Part shown: positions 42,370 through 48,631 of the stretch, piece after piece
Numbering within the stretch: position 1 is the first letter of the stretch
How the letters are laid out: each line of letters begins with the position of its first letter
The notes under the pieces: generated by a model
Told to the model about the DNA's origin: nothing
The model's input: only the letters and a program-made list of their open reading frames with translations
Databases searched by the model: none
Virus record (IMG/VR): IMGVR_UViG_3300002175_000003
Location: 1-48,631 of that record
Origin: a virus
Direction: 5' to 3' (one strand)
DNA length: 48,631 nucleotides
Program-made: the position numbers and the translations under genes

Positions 42370-42633
42370 TCATTCAGACGCAATCCTGTCTGCAATGAGT
42401 GTCGCGTACCCTGCAATGTCAACCCAATGGTCCCTGTAGTTGGAGTCACCCGCAAGGATGCGGCCTATCTTATGGGCGATCATTTCGAGGGCTTCTTTTT
42501 TCATGGGCGAAAGTTTTTCCCAACTTGCAAAGCTACGCAGCGCCATTTTTAGTTCTTGCGTAATAGCCGCATGGTAAGAAAAATCCCCGTGTGTTTTTGC
42601 CCGTTCGTCTAGAATCTTTTGGACCGTAGCCAT
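42370..42633 (-). CDS. small helical phage protein, DUF6378-like (87 aa)
   Basis: ERAKTHGDF...KEALEMIAHKIGRILAGDSNYRDHWVDIAGYATL pattern, recalled from that family. Confidence 0.45.
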   Translation of the reverse strand: MATVQKILDERAKTHGDFSYHAAITQELKMALRSFASWEKLSPMKKEALEMIAHKIGRILAGDSNYRDHWVDIAGYATLIADRIASE

Positions 42634-43099
42634 GATCAGTCTCCGCCGTGTTCCACCCCCGCCTTATCTCCCCAGGGAGAGTCCCCAGTTCAACAAATGG
42701 TTGCATGATTTAACTCAGTTCATTTCCGCCAATGGCGGCATTGACAACTCGCAAATCGACGGATTTTCAGACCTGCAAAATTCCGTCGAACACAACACTA
42801 CCGAAATTCACCTTCTCCAACAATCCGTCGCATCGCTTCAGACAAGCACCGGTGCGCTTCAGCAGTCTCTCGCATCGTTGCAATCCAGCGTTCTGTCGCT
42901 AAACGCAAGCGTTGCAACTCTGCAAACAAGCGTCGCTGCGCTTCAGACAGTTGTGTCGGCTCTCCAGGGGAACCCGGTCGTTCGCAATCCCGATGCTGTT
43001 CCATCGTCTTCTCTCGGAAATAATGGCGACCTTGCTGTCGACGCTGTTAACCATCATGTTTATTCAAAGCGAAGCGGGGCTTGGGTTCTTATCGTATAG
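42632..43099 (+). CDS. fibrous coiled-coil protein (155 aa) with fibre-type C-terminal GDxxxD...Y.K..G.W motif
   Basis: SLQ(T/S)S heptad-like repeats. GNNGDLAVDAVNHHVYSKRSGAWVLI. Confidence 0.55.
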   Translation: MISLRRVPPPPYLPRESPQFNKWLHDLTQFISANGGIDNSQIDGFSDLQNSVEHNTTEIHLLQQSVASLQTSTGALQQSLASLQSSVLSLNASVATLQTSVAALQTVVSALQGNPVVRNPDAVPSSSLGNNGDLAVDAVNHHVYSKRSGAWVLIV

Positions 43100-43465
43100 G
43101 CTCATTCCTACCCCTGCTGCCGCTTTCGTTTCTTGTTTCTCTTGAATTTCTCGCGTGCAAAAACCGACACGTAAAAGTTCGCATTTTGCTGCGTCTTCAA
43201 GGTCAAGGCCCATAGCATGACACAAGGCGGAAAGCGTGATCATAACCCCGCCAATTTCCTGATACGGCTTGCCGACGCTTTTAGAATCATACACATATGA
43301 CAGAATAGCACGTGCTTCGTACACGTTCATTCCGCATGATTGCACAAGTTCCAAAGCTTCTTCGAGAAAACGCTTGTTGCGCTCTTCGACATTTTTCCGA
43401 ATGTCTGCGTTAAACGCGCGATGCAGCCACAGGAAAACTAGATTTGAAAACTTTCGGATTCTCAT
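43064..43465 (-). CDS. MazG-like all-alpha NTP pyrophosphohydrolase (133 aa)
   Basis: RFLEEALELVQ and EIGGVMITL...GLDLEDA motifs. Confidence 0.5.
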   Translation of the reverse strand: MRIRKFSNLVFLWLHRAFNADIRKNVEERNKRFLEEALELVQSCGMNVYEARAILSYVYDSKSVGKPYQEIGGVMITLSALCHAMGLDLEDAAKCELLRVGFCTREIQEKQETKAAAGVGMSLYDKNPSPASL

Positions 43466-43622
43466 TTTTAACCTCGTTTGCCTCTTTGCATGTTACCCGA
43501 CCGTCGCCGGGGTAGATAGCGTGCTTGACGCGCCAGCCGCCGCGAATACGCTCAAAGTGTCCTGTCATCGGCTCGACATTTTTGCCGCACACGTAACAAA
43601 TTCCAGGGTACATATTTCTCAT
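43410..43622 (-). CDS. small zinc-ribbon-like protein (70 aa)
   Basis: CYVCG motif and a downstream Cys. ORF track. Confidence 0.4.
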   Translation of the reverse strand: MRNMYPGICYVCGKNVEPMTGHFERIRGGWRVKHAIYPGDGRVTCKEANEVKNENPKVFKSSFPVAASRV

Positions 43623-43623
43623 T

Positions 43624-44055
43624 TTATATCTCTATTTTTTCCAGGTATTTTTCGAAGTCGAAAAATGACCGGCAAACAAAGTAGTGGTACCGCGGCCCAA
43701 GGGCGGTCCATCGCCGCTGGAATTCTTCTTGCTTTGGGGACAAATGACCGCCGGGGGCCTTAAGCTCGATGGCGTAGCTCCCAGTTGCCGTGAAGAAGAG
43801 GAAGTCTGGGCAGCCTGGAACGACACCCATGCGCTTGAGTTTGGTCGCGGTCGCAACGTCGCGCGGTTCGCCATTTGGCACGTGAAAAATCACAAGCTCA
43901 GGACGGTTCTTCTGGACCCACTGCCAAATGTGCATGTGGATTGTTTTTTCACGAATCGGGCGGGATAAGGCCCTTCGTCTTAAGCTCTCGCTCTCGATTT
44001 TCGACATACCAGCGAATTGCCTCTCTTCCAGCACTCGTATGCGTTTCGACGTCAT
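43624..44055 (-). CDS. VRR-NUC domain nuclease
   Basis: GVVPGCPDFLFF...YAIELKAPGGHLSPKQEEF matches the PD..(D/E)xK VRR-NUC signature. The 5' end overlaps the upstream RHH ORF, so the start is uncertain. Confidence 0.75.
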   Translation of the reverse strand: MTSKRIRVLEERQFAGMSKIESESLRRRALSRPIREKTIHMHIWQWVQKNRPELVIFHVPNGEPRDVATATKLKRMGVVPGCPDFLFFTATGSYAIELKAPGGHLSPKQEEFQRRWTALGPRYHYFVCRSFFDFEKYLEKIEI

Positions 44056-44155
44056 CGTGGTTCCTGACGATGTAATCGAGCCGACGCCAAAGTGAGACCG
44101 GCAACCGCACGGTCATCGTCTTTGAGGTCTTCCCGCGTTTTGACTGCGTTTCCAT
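43949..44155 (-). CDS. ribbon-helix-helix (CopG/Arc-like) DNA-binding protein
   Basis: TMTVRLPVSLWRRLDYIV beta-strand/helix pattern. Start chosen at the ATG 44155 so that the conserved motif at 44176-44189 is intergenic. The ATG at 44116 is also possible. Confidence 0.55.
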   Translation of the reverse strand: METQSKRGKTSKTMTVRLPVSLWRRLDYIVRNHDDVETHTSAGREAIRWYVENRERELKTKGLIPPDS

Positions 44156-44175
44156 GATGCCGTACCATACCGGCA

Positions 44176-44189
44176 AAGCGTACACACTT
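44176..44189. promoter_or_regulatory. AAGCGTACACACTT copy of the strand-switch motif
   Basis: Identical to 38444-38457. The flank CGGCAAAGCGTACACAC also matches the 21095-21112 copy. Confidence 0.6.
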
Positions 44190-44205
44190 CAATCGGGCGA
44201 ACACC

Positions 44206-44892
44206 ATGGCAGACATTTTTTCCGGGATCGGCGATTTGATCGGTGGCAGCATGGCTTCGTCTGCGATCAACAGCGCGGCGAGTGCTGGCACCAGTGGTAT
44301 CGGCAACTACATCTCGCAGGGTGAACAACTTCTTTGGCCCTACAACCAGCAGGGACAGTCTTTTCTCGCTCCGATATCCAACATTTTGCAAAGCGGATCG
44401 ACGGGCAGCCAGAACATTGGCGTTGATCGGATCAATGCTGACGTGAACCCGGTTGACTTCGAAAATTTTGCAAAAAACTACCAGATGAGCCCCGGCGCGC
44501 AATACCTTCTCAGTACCGGTGCGGCCGCCCAAGACGCGACCGCCGCGGCACGGGGCGGTCTTTTGAGCGGGGCGAACGTGCGGGCACAGACCGGTATCGC
44601 TGAAGGAATTGCCAACACTGACTTGTTGTCCCAGTACCAAGCCATGCTCCAAGGCCAGCAGCAAGACTTCACGCAACGCGAAACGAGCTTCCAGAACTTG
44701 TATGGTCAGGAAGCTCTGGGCGAGACTGCTGCCGGCCAAGGTGCGCAATTGTACGGTCAAGGGGCCTCTGCTCTTGCTTCGATGTATGCCGCTCAGATGG
44801 CCGCTTCGGCTAAGGCGAGCCAGTCAAAGGGGAGCGGGATCGGGGGGATTCTGGGCGGGATCGGGAGCGCGGCAATCAAAGCGTTCGCTTAG
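44206..44892 (+). CDS. G/A/S/Q-rich protein with terminal glycine-zipper segments (228 aa); possible internal virion/ejection protein
   Basis: ORF track. N-terminus GIGDLIGGSMASSAI. C-terminus GSGIGGILGGIGSAAIKAFA. A single plus-strand gene between minus-strand genes. Confidence 0.55.
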   Translation: MADIFSGIGDLIGGSMASSAINSAASAGTSGIGNYISQGEQLLWPYNQQGQSFLAPISNILQSGSTGSQNIGVDRINADVNPVDFENFAKNYQMSPGAQYLLSTGAAAQDATAAARGGLLSGANVRAQTGIAEGIANTDLLSQYQAMLQGQQQDFTQRETSFQNLYGQEALGETAAGQGAQLYGQGASALASMYAAQMAASAKASQSKGSGIGGILGGIGSAAIKAFA

Positions 44893-45413
44893 GGACGTGT
44901 CTTTTCCCAAATGCAGCAATCTTGTGGCTCGTTAGGGTTGATATTTGGCAGTATCGCAAATTTTTTTGCGACCCCAACAAGCCGGGCATTCGATTTTTCA
45001 AACACCCGGTTTACCTTGGTGTTCTCCACCGCGCTCCACGCCCATACGCGATGGATGTCCCGATGCGCCAAGAGCCATGCCGTAAAAGGGATGCCGAATA
45101 AGCGACCGGCGCCTTTCGACGGTTGCGCAAATTTGAGACCTATGCACACTCCACGGTCACTGAATTCGGCGGTCACGACGCCGACGAACTCTCCGTGTAG
45201 TGTGATGGCAGCCCCGTAAACGCCGAGCAACGCGCCCATGTTCCACTCAACGACGGCTTTTCGGGCTTCTTCGAGACTCGTATGTATGGCGTTTGGCATG
45301 TACCGCATGACGCGCGGGTCGCCAGTGATGCGGTGATAAAGGTCAACCGCGTCGCTGCGAATGAGCCCGCGCGTCACAAAGGGGCCGAATGATTTTGCCC
45401 GAATGTCAATCAT
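44889..45413 (-). CDS. GNAT family N-acetyltransferase (RimJ/RimL-like)
   Basis: Acetyltransf_3-like N-terminus and a C-terminal W..VENTKVNRVFEKSNARLVG motif. Confidence 0.75.
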   Translation of the reverse strand: MIDIRAKSFGPFVTRGLIRSDAVDLYHRITGDPRVMRYMPNAIHTSLEEARKAVVEWNMGALLGVYGAAITLHGEFVGVVTAEFSDRGVCIGLKFAQPSKGAGRLFGIPFTAWLLAHRDIHRVWAWSAVENTKVNRVFEKSNARLVGVAKKFAILPNINPNEPQDCCIWEKTRP

Positions 45414-45808
45414 ACGCCATGCCTGCTCAGGTAGGCGTAAACTGCCTCGCGGATAATCTCAGTTTTGTTGACTTCTTTGCGCTTCGCTAACTGACGAATA
45501 CGCTTCATCGTTCCGCCCACAAATCTAGCGACCGTCTCTTCGCCGTAGAGAAGCGGGCGCCCTCGCGGATTTCTTGCCTTCTCGCGCTTCACCGCGCGCT
45601 CTTCTTTTTTCTGGGCGCTGCGCTTGACGGCTACCTTCATTTTTATTTTTCTGACGACTTTCCGGGCCTTCTTCGCGGCTCCGTACGGGTCAAGCGGGTC
45701 AACTTTTGGCTTACTTTTTCGCTGTTTCTTTTCCACCTTTGCAACCTCTTCTGCGGTGATGGGACGGGGGAGCGGCTCAGGCATCTTGCTGAAAACATCC
45801 GTGTCCAT
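45410..45808 (-). CDS. lysine-rich protein with C-terminal ribbon-helix-helix domain (132 aa)
   Basis: K/R-rich N-terminal ~85 aa. C-terminal ETVARFVGGTMKRIRQLAKRKEVNKTEIIREAVYAYL fits the RHH pattern. 4-nt overlap with the GNAT start. Confidence 0.6.
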   Translation of the reverse strand: MDTDVFSKMPEPLPRPITAEEVAKVEKKQRKSKPKVDPLDPYGAAKKARKVVRKIKMKVAVKRSAQKKEERAVKREKARNPRGRPLLYGEETVARFVGGTMKRIRQLAKRKEVNKTEIIREAVYAYLSRHGV

Positions 45809-45815
45809 TTTGGCC

Positions 45816-47744
45816 TCACTTTTTCATTCTTTGGGCAACATAGCCTTCCTCACCAAGAGGGAGGCCAGCGGTCCAAGAACGTTGCCGCGTCATTATCGCT
45901 CCTATTTGCTGATGTCGCTGTTCTGCGACTTCAGCAGGTGCTAAAGCGACGACGCTATCGTACACATCTAGCAACAAAATTGTATCTGTCAATTCATTTT
46001 CGATATCTTTTTCAACTTCTGTAATGAGGTCTCGCGTCATGGCTTGGCATGAAATTTCTAATAGCGACCCCCCGAAAACTTTCTGCGGGCGCATTGCTCC
46101 GTGTTTGGCTCTCCAGAAGTAATAATTCCCGTCTTGCCCGACATGGCAAGAATAGTGCGGAATGGCGCGACCGCTTGGCAAGACCATCCAGATGTTATCG
46201 CCGTCTTTCATCAACTTTATCTTCCCAGCGTAGTAGTAATTGCCGGGAGGATCGTAGTAACAATTTTCCCATGCCGCTTTAAGACTGCCCCATAACGTAA
46301 CAAGCTTGGGGTTTGTTCCTCGATACCCGTCAATGTCTGCTTTCGCTTTTGCTGGGGTGATTTGCGTCCTGAGCAATCCGCTGTCGGCGACCGTTCGCCG
46401 CAAAAACGCAAGATATTTCACCCACCCAAGTTGATAGTTGCCGCCGAGCGTGACGTTTTTGGCTGTCTGGCGTTCTTTTGGATGGGTCTTTTTCGTCGCG
46501 TCTGACGGCAGATTAAACAGCCGGATGGCATTGACCATGTAGAGATCGGATTCCGGATCGGACAGGATTTCCAGCCGCTCTGTATCGCCGGCTTGCCACA
46601 GGGCGAACCGCAATTCAGCCTGCTTCTCGTCTGCGTCAATCAGCGCGTATCCCGCCGGCGCTACGATGCACCCACGAAGGGCATCCGTGAGCGCGGTATT
46701 GTTAAACTTCTCGCCTCGCTTCAGGCCCTCAATGACTTTCTCAACATCGTATTTTCCAGAAGGTCGCGCAATGTTGAACAGGTTTGCGCCTTCTGATGTT
46801 CCACGTCCCGACCGTGCGCCAAAGTAGCGTGTGGCGTCCTTGTAAGAGCCGCACACGTGACGATCCAGGATGGCTTGAGCTTTCGTCGGCGCCGAGCCTC
46901 CAGCCGATTCCAGTAGCTCCAGCACTTCGCGGGGGCCGGCGGGCAACTCTGGGTCTTCGAGAGCTTCATCAACGGTGTGCTTCTGCGTGTCTGGAAGCAC
47001 GACTTTCTCGGTCTCCAGCCACGCAAGGATGCGCTGGCGCTGGGTGATCTTTGTCACTGCGTTGCCGGTGATTTCCCGCAGCGTGTTGGCGGTCTCAAAC
47101 TCGATTTCGGTGCGCCGAGCCGCGATGGCGGTCGCCAACTCAATGTCGATCGGCAACCCGACATTGTTCTTGCGCCATGTTCGCTCCCAAATCGTGCGTT
47201 CGTTTTCATTCAATTCCGGCAGAAGCTTGTCAACCGACATGAGGCAATGTACGTCCTGGACGTTGTACTCCAGCAACTCCTGAAAGATTTCCCGGTCCTC
47301 GCAAAATTCGCCGTCTCGTTGCGGCTTGCACGTCTTCATGACGAGAAATTTGCCCCGTTCGTCTTTGCCTTTGACGTTCAGCGCAATGCAAAGAGCATCA
47401 AGACCGCCGGGGAGGGATAGGGCTTGCGCCCGCGCCATCGTGCATGAAATTTTTTGCAAGGGCAGATTTATGAACGGTCGCTGGCTCGGACCGCGCAACA
47501 CGTTCACGTCAAAATTGGCGTTGTGCGCAACGATGCGTGTACATTTTTCGATATCTGCATACAGATCATCAACTGTGTGAGTTGTCTTCGCTATCCCGAG
47601 AGGGCAGGCGGTCTTGACCGTGCCGCCGCCGAAGCACCATGCCGCCACGGTAATGCACGTCGAAGGATCGGCAGCGTACCGGCGGGCTCCGGATTTGCGC
47701 AAATCAATGCGCGACCGCGTTTCCAGATCAAGCCATAAATTCAT
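45816..47744 (-). CDS. family A DNA polymerase with 3'-5' exonuclease domain
   Basis: Exo motifs DLET, NANFD and YNVQD. Pol motif A DADEKQAELR. Motif B RQTAKNVTLGGNYQLG. Motif C-like DVYDS. Confidence 0.9.
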   Translation of the reverse strand: MNLWLDLETRSRIDLRKSGARRYAADPSTCITVAAWCFGGGTVKTACPLGIAKTTHTVDDLYADIEKCTRIVAHNANFDVNVLRGPSQRPFINLPLQKISCTMARAQALSLPGGLDALCIALNVKGKDERGKFLVMKTCKPQRDGEFCEDREIFQELLEYNVQDVHCLMSVDKLLPELNENERTIWERTWRKNNVGLPIDIELATAIAARRTEIEFETANTLREITGNAVTKITQRQRILAWLETEKVVLPDTQKHTVDEALEDPELPAGPREVLELLESAGGSAPTKAQAILDRHVCGSYKDATRYFGARSGRGTSEGANLFNIARPSGKYDVEKVIEGLKRGEKFNNTALTDALRGCIVAPAGYALIDADEKQAELRFALWQAGDTERLEILSDPESDLYMVNAIRLFNLPSDATKKTHPKERQTAKNVTLGGNYQLGWVKYLAFLRRTVADSGLLRTQITPAKAKADIDGYRGTNPKLVTLWGSLKAAWENCYYDPPGNYYYAGKIKLMKDGDNIWMVLPSGRAIPHYSCHVGQDGNYYFWRAKHGAMRPQKVFGGSLLEISCQAMTRDLITEVEKDIENELTDTILLLDVYDSVVALAPAEVAEQRHQQIGAIMTRQRSWTAGLPLGEEGYVAQRMKK

Positions 47745-47757
47745 GTTCGTCTCCTAT

Positions 47758-47793
47758 GAAAAACCCCCCTGCCGGGGCTCAATCGGCAGGGGG
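47758..47793 (-). terminator. Rho-independent terminator (minus strand) between the SSB and polymerase genes
   Basis: 10-bp stem CCCCCCTGCC / GGCAGGGGGG, 11-nt loop, T5 on the minus strand. Followed immediately by AGGAGA and the polymerase ATG. Confidence 0.8.
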
Positions 47794-47836
47794 GCGCATG
47801 TCGCACTGGCAAGCAGAGCTTGACTTATAGCGCGAC

Positions 47837-48568
47837 TTATCTGGGCGGGAACGGTGACGCTGGACCTGACGAACCGCTCCCGCCCCAGGGCGCCCCTGGC
47901 GACATGCCCGCACCAGGGGCTGCCCCGAATCCTGCCGGCACGGGCGCGGGGGGAGGAGCGAAGTTCCCGCCGCCGGCGAACCCTGTCACGTTGAGGCCTT
48001 GGGCACGGGCCTTTTCCATCAGTTCTGCCGGGTTCGCGGCATTGCCGATGTTTATTTCCTCGCCGCGCTGCAAGAACAGCACAAGATTGATGTAGAGCTT
48101 CACCGCCATCGCGTTGGTGCTGTTTTGCGCGGCAACAACCGACACGGCGCACACATCGCCCGGCTTCACCATGGCTTTGTTTGGGAGGTTGACCACGGCG
48201 CCGTTCTGAATGATGGCGGTCTTAATCGGGAAATTTGAGTTTCCGCCGAATGTCCAGTGACCGCGAGCCCAATCGGCCGGAGCGCGGCCGGGAACGGGAG
48301 TGTCGCCGTCTCTGACGGGCCATTGGATGGCGGAAAAGGGGACATTGGACATGGCACCTTGCCACAATTCGTTGCAGGCTTGAGCGAGGCCCGCGAAAAT
48401 CGGCTCGTCCCACCACGCACTTCGTGTTTTCTGGGCAATGAATGCCGCCAGATAGGTGGGTTGCTGGGACGGTCGCCCCTGATACGTCGTAGCGGGCTCC
48501 CAAAGATTGCGCATCCCGAAGATGCGACAACCAAATATGTCTGCGTGCTTCATCAATTTACTGGCCAT
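47837..48568 (-). CDS. ssDNA-binding protein, T7 gp2.5-like / DUF2815
   Basis: Position between DUF2800 and PolA once the genome is circularised. KPGDVCAVSVVA...VKLYINLVLFLQ beta pattern. Gly/Pro-rich C-terminal tail. Confidence 0.6.
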   Translation of the reverse strand: MASKLMKHADIFGCRIFGMRNLWEPATTYQGRPSQQPTYLAAFIAQKTRSAWWDEPIFAGLAQACNELWQGAMSNVPFSAIQWPVRDGDTPVPGRAPADWARGHWTFGGNSNFPIKTAIIQNGAVVNLPNKAMVKPGDVCAVSVVAAQNSTNAMAVKLYINLVLFLQRGEEINIGNAANPAELMEKARAQGLNVTGFAGGGNFAPPPAPVPAGFGAAPGAGMSPGAPWGGSGSSGPASPFPPR

Positions 48569-48631
48569 GTCTCGTGTCCTTTCGATACGTCGATGATTTC
48601 TACTGGCATCATTTCAGAGGGGTGTCAACCC
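48532..48631. repeat. Terminal direct repeat, identical to nt 1-100
   Basis: Direct comparison. Confidence 0.95.

Noticed and set aside
41989-42552. Plus-strand 187-aa ORF (or a 108-aa version starting at 42229 after the 475-aa gene)
   Set aside because: It runs antisense through the DUF6378-like gene 42370..42633, which has a recognisable family pattern. The plus frame has no recognisable features downstream of 42370.

Overview
The window is a complete, circularly closed dsDNA tailed-phage genome. Bases 1-100 are identical to 48532-48631, so the unique length is 48531 bp. It is GC-rich with discrete AT-rich islands. By eye I found no rRNA, tRNA, CRISPR array, integrase, invertase or RNA polymerase.

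Layout:
1. A long minus-strand early/replication arm wraps the contig junction. It carries VRR-NUC, a MazG-like gene, an RHH-GNAT pair, a family-A DNA polymerase, a gp2.5/DUF2815-like SSB, a DUF2800 Cas4-like nuclease, an SF2 helicase, DUF4326, an AEP primase-helicase, many small ORFs and DUF932.
2. An AT-rich control region of about 1.7 kb (11540-13270) has almost no coding. It holds an iteron-like array, inverted-repeat-flanked TATAAT boxes, a G12 tract, three 47-bp tandem repeats and a transposase-like remnant.
3. A plus-strand late arm carries a 2106-aa multidomain virion protein and an unusually rich set of fibre/adhesin genes.
4. A minus-strand block runs terL, lysis genes, an outer-membrane-protein moron, scaffold and portal.
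5. A plus-strand capsid block follows.

Most notable observations:
- A tail-fibre gene is interrupted in frame by a 59-bp perfect inverted repeat. The repeats bound a 1.25-kb segment with a promoterless alternative receptor-binding tip in antisense. This resembles the Mu G segment, but no recombinase is recognisable anywhere in the genome.
- A conserved AAGCGTACACAC motif, including a 14-bp perfect palindrome, sits at four strand-switch junctions. Related CGTACAC half-sites lie in the AT-rich control region, and the 42631-42634 head-to-head junction has no copy.
- A translationally coupled pair of a lysine-rich RHH protein and a GNAT acetyltransferase lies just downstream of the polymerase.
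- An antisense two-gene micro-cassette lies inside the late arm.
- A repeated hairpin-plus-SD intergenic element occurs twice in the early arm.

All protein calls come from motif recognition by eye and need HMM or BLAST confirmation.
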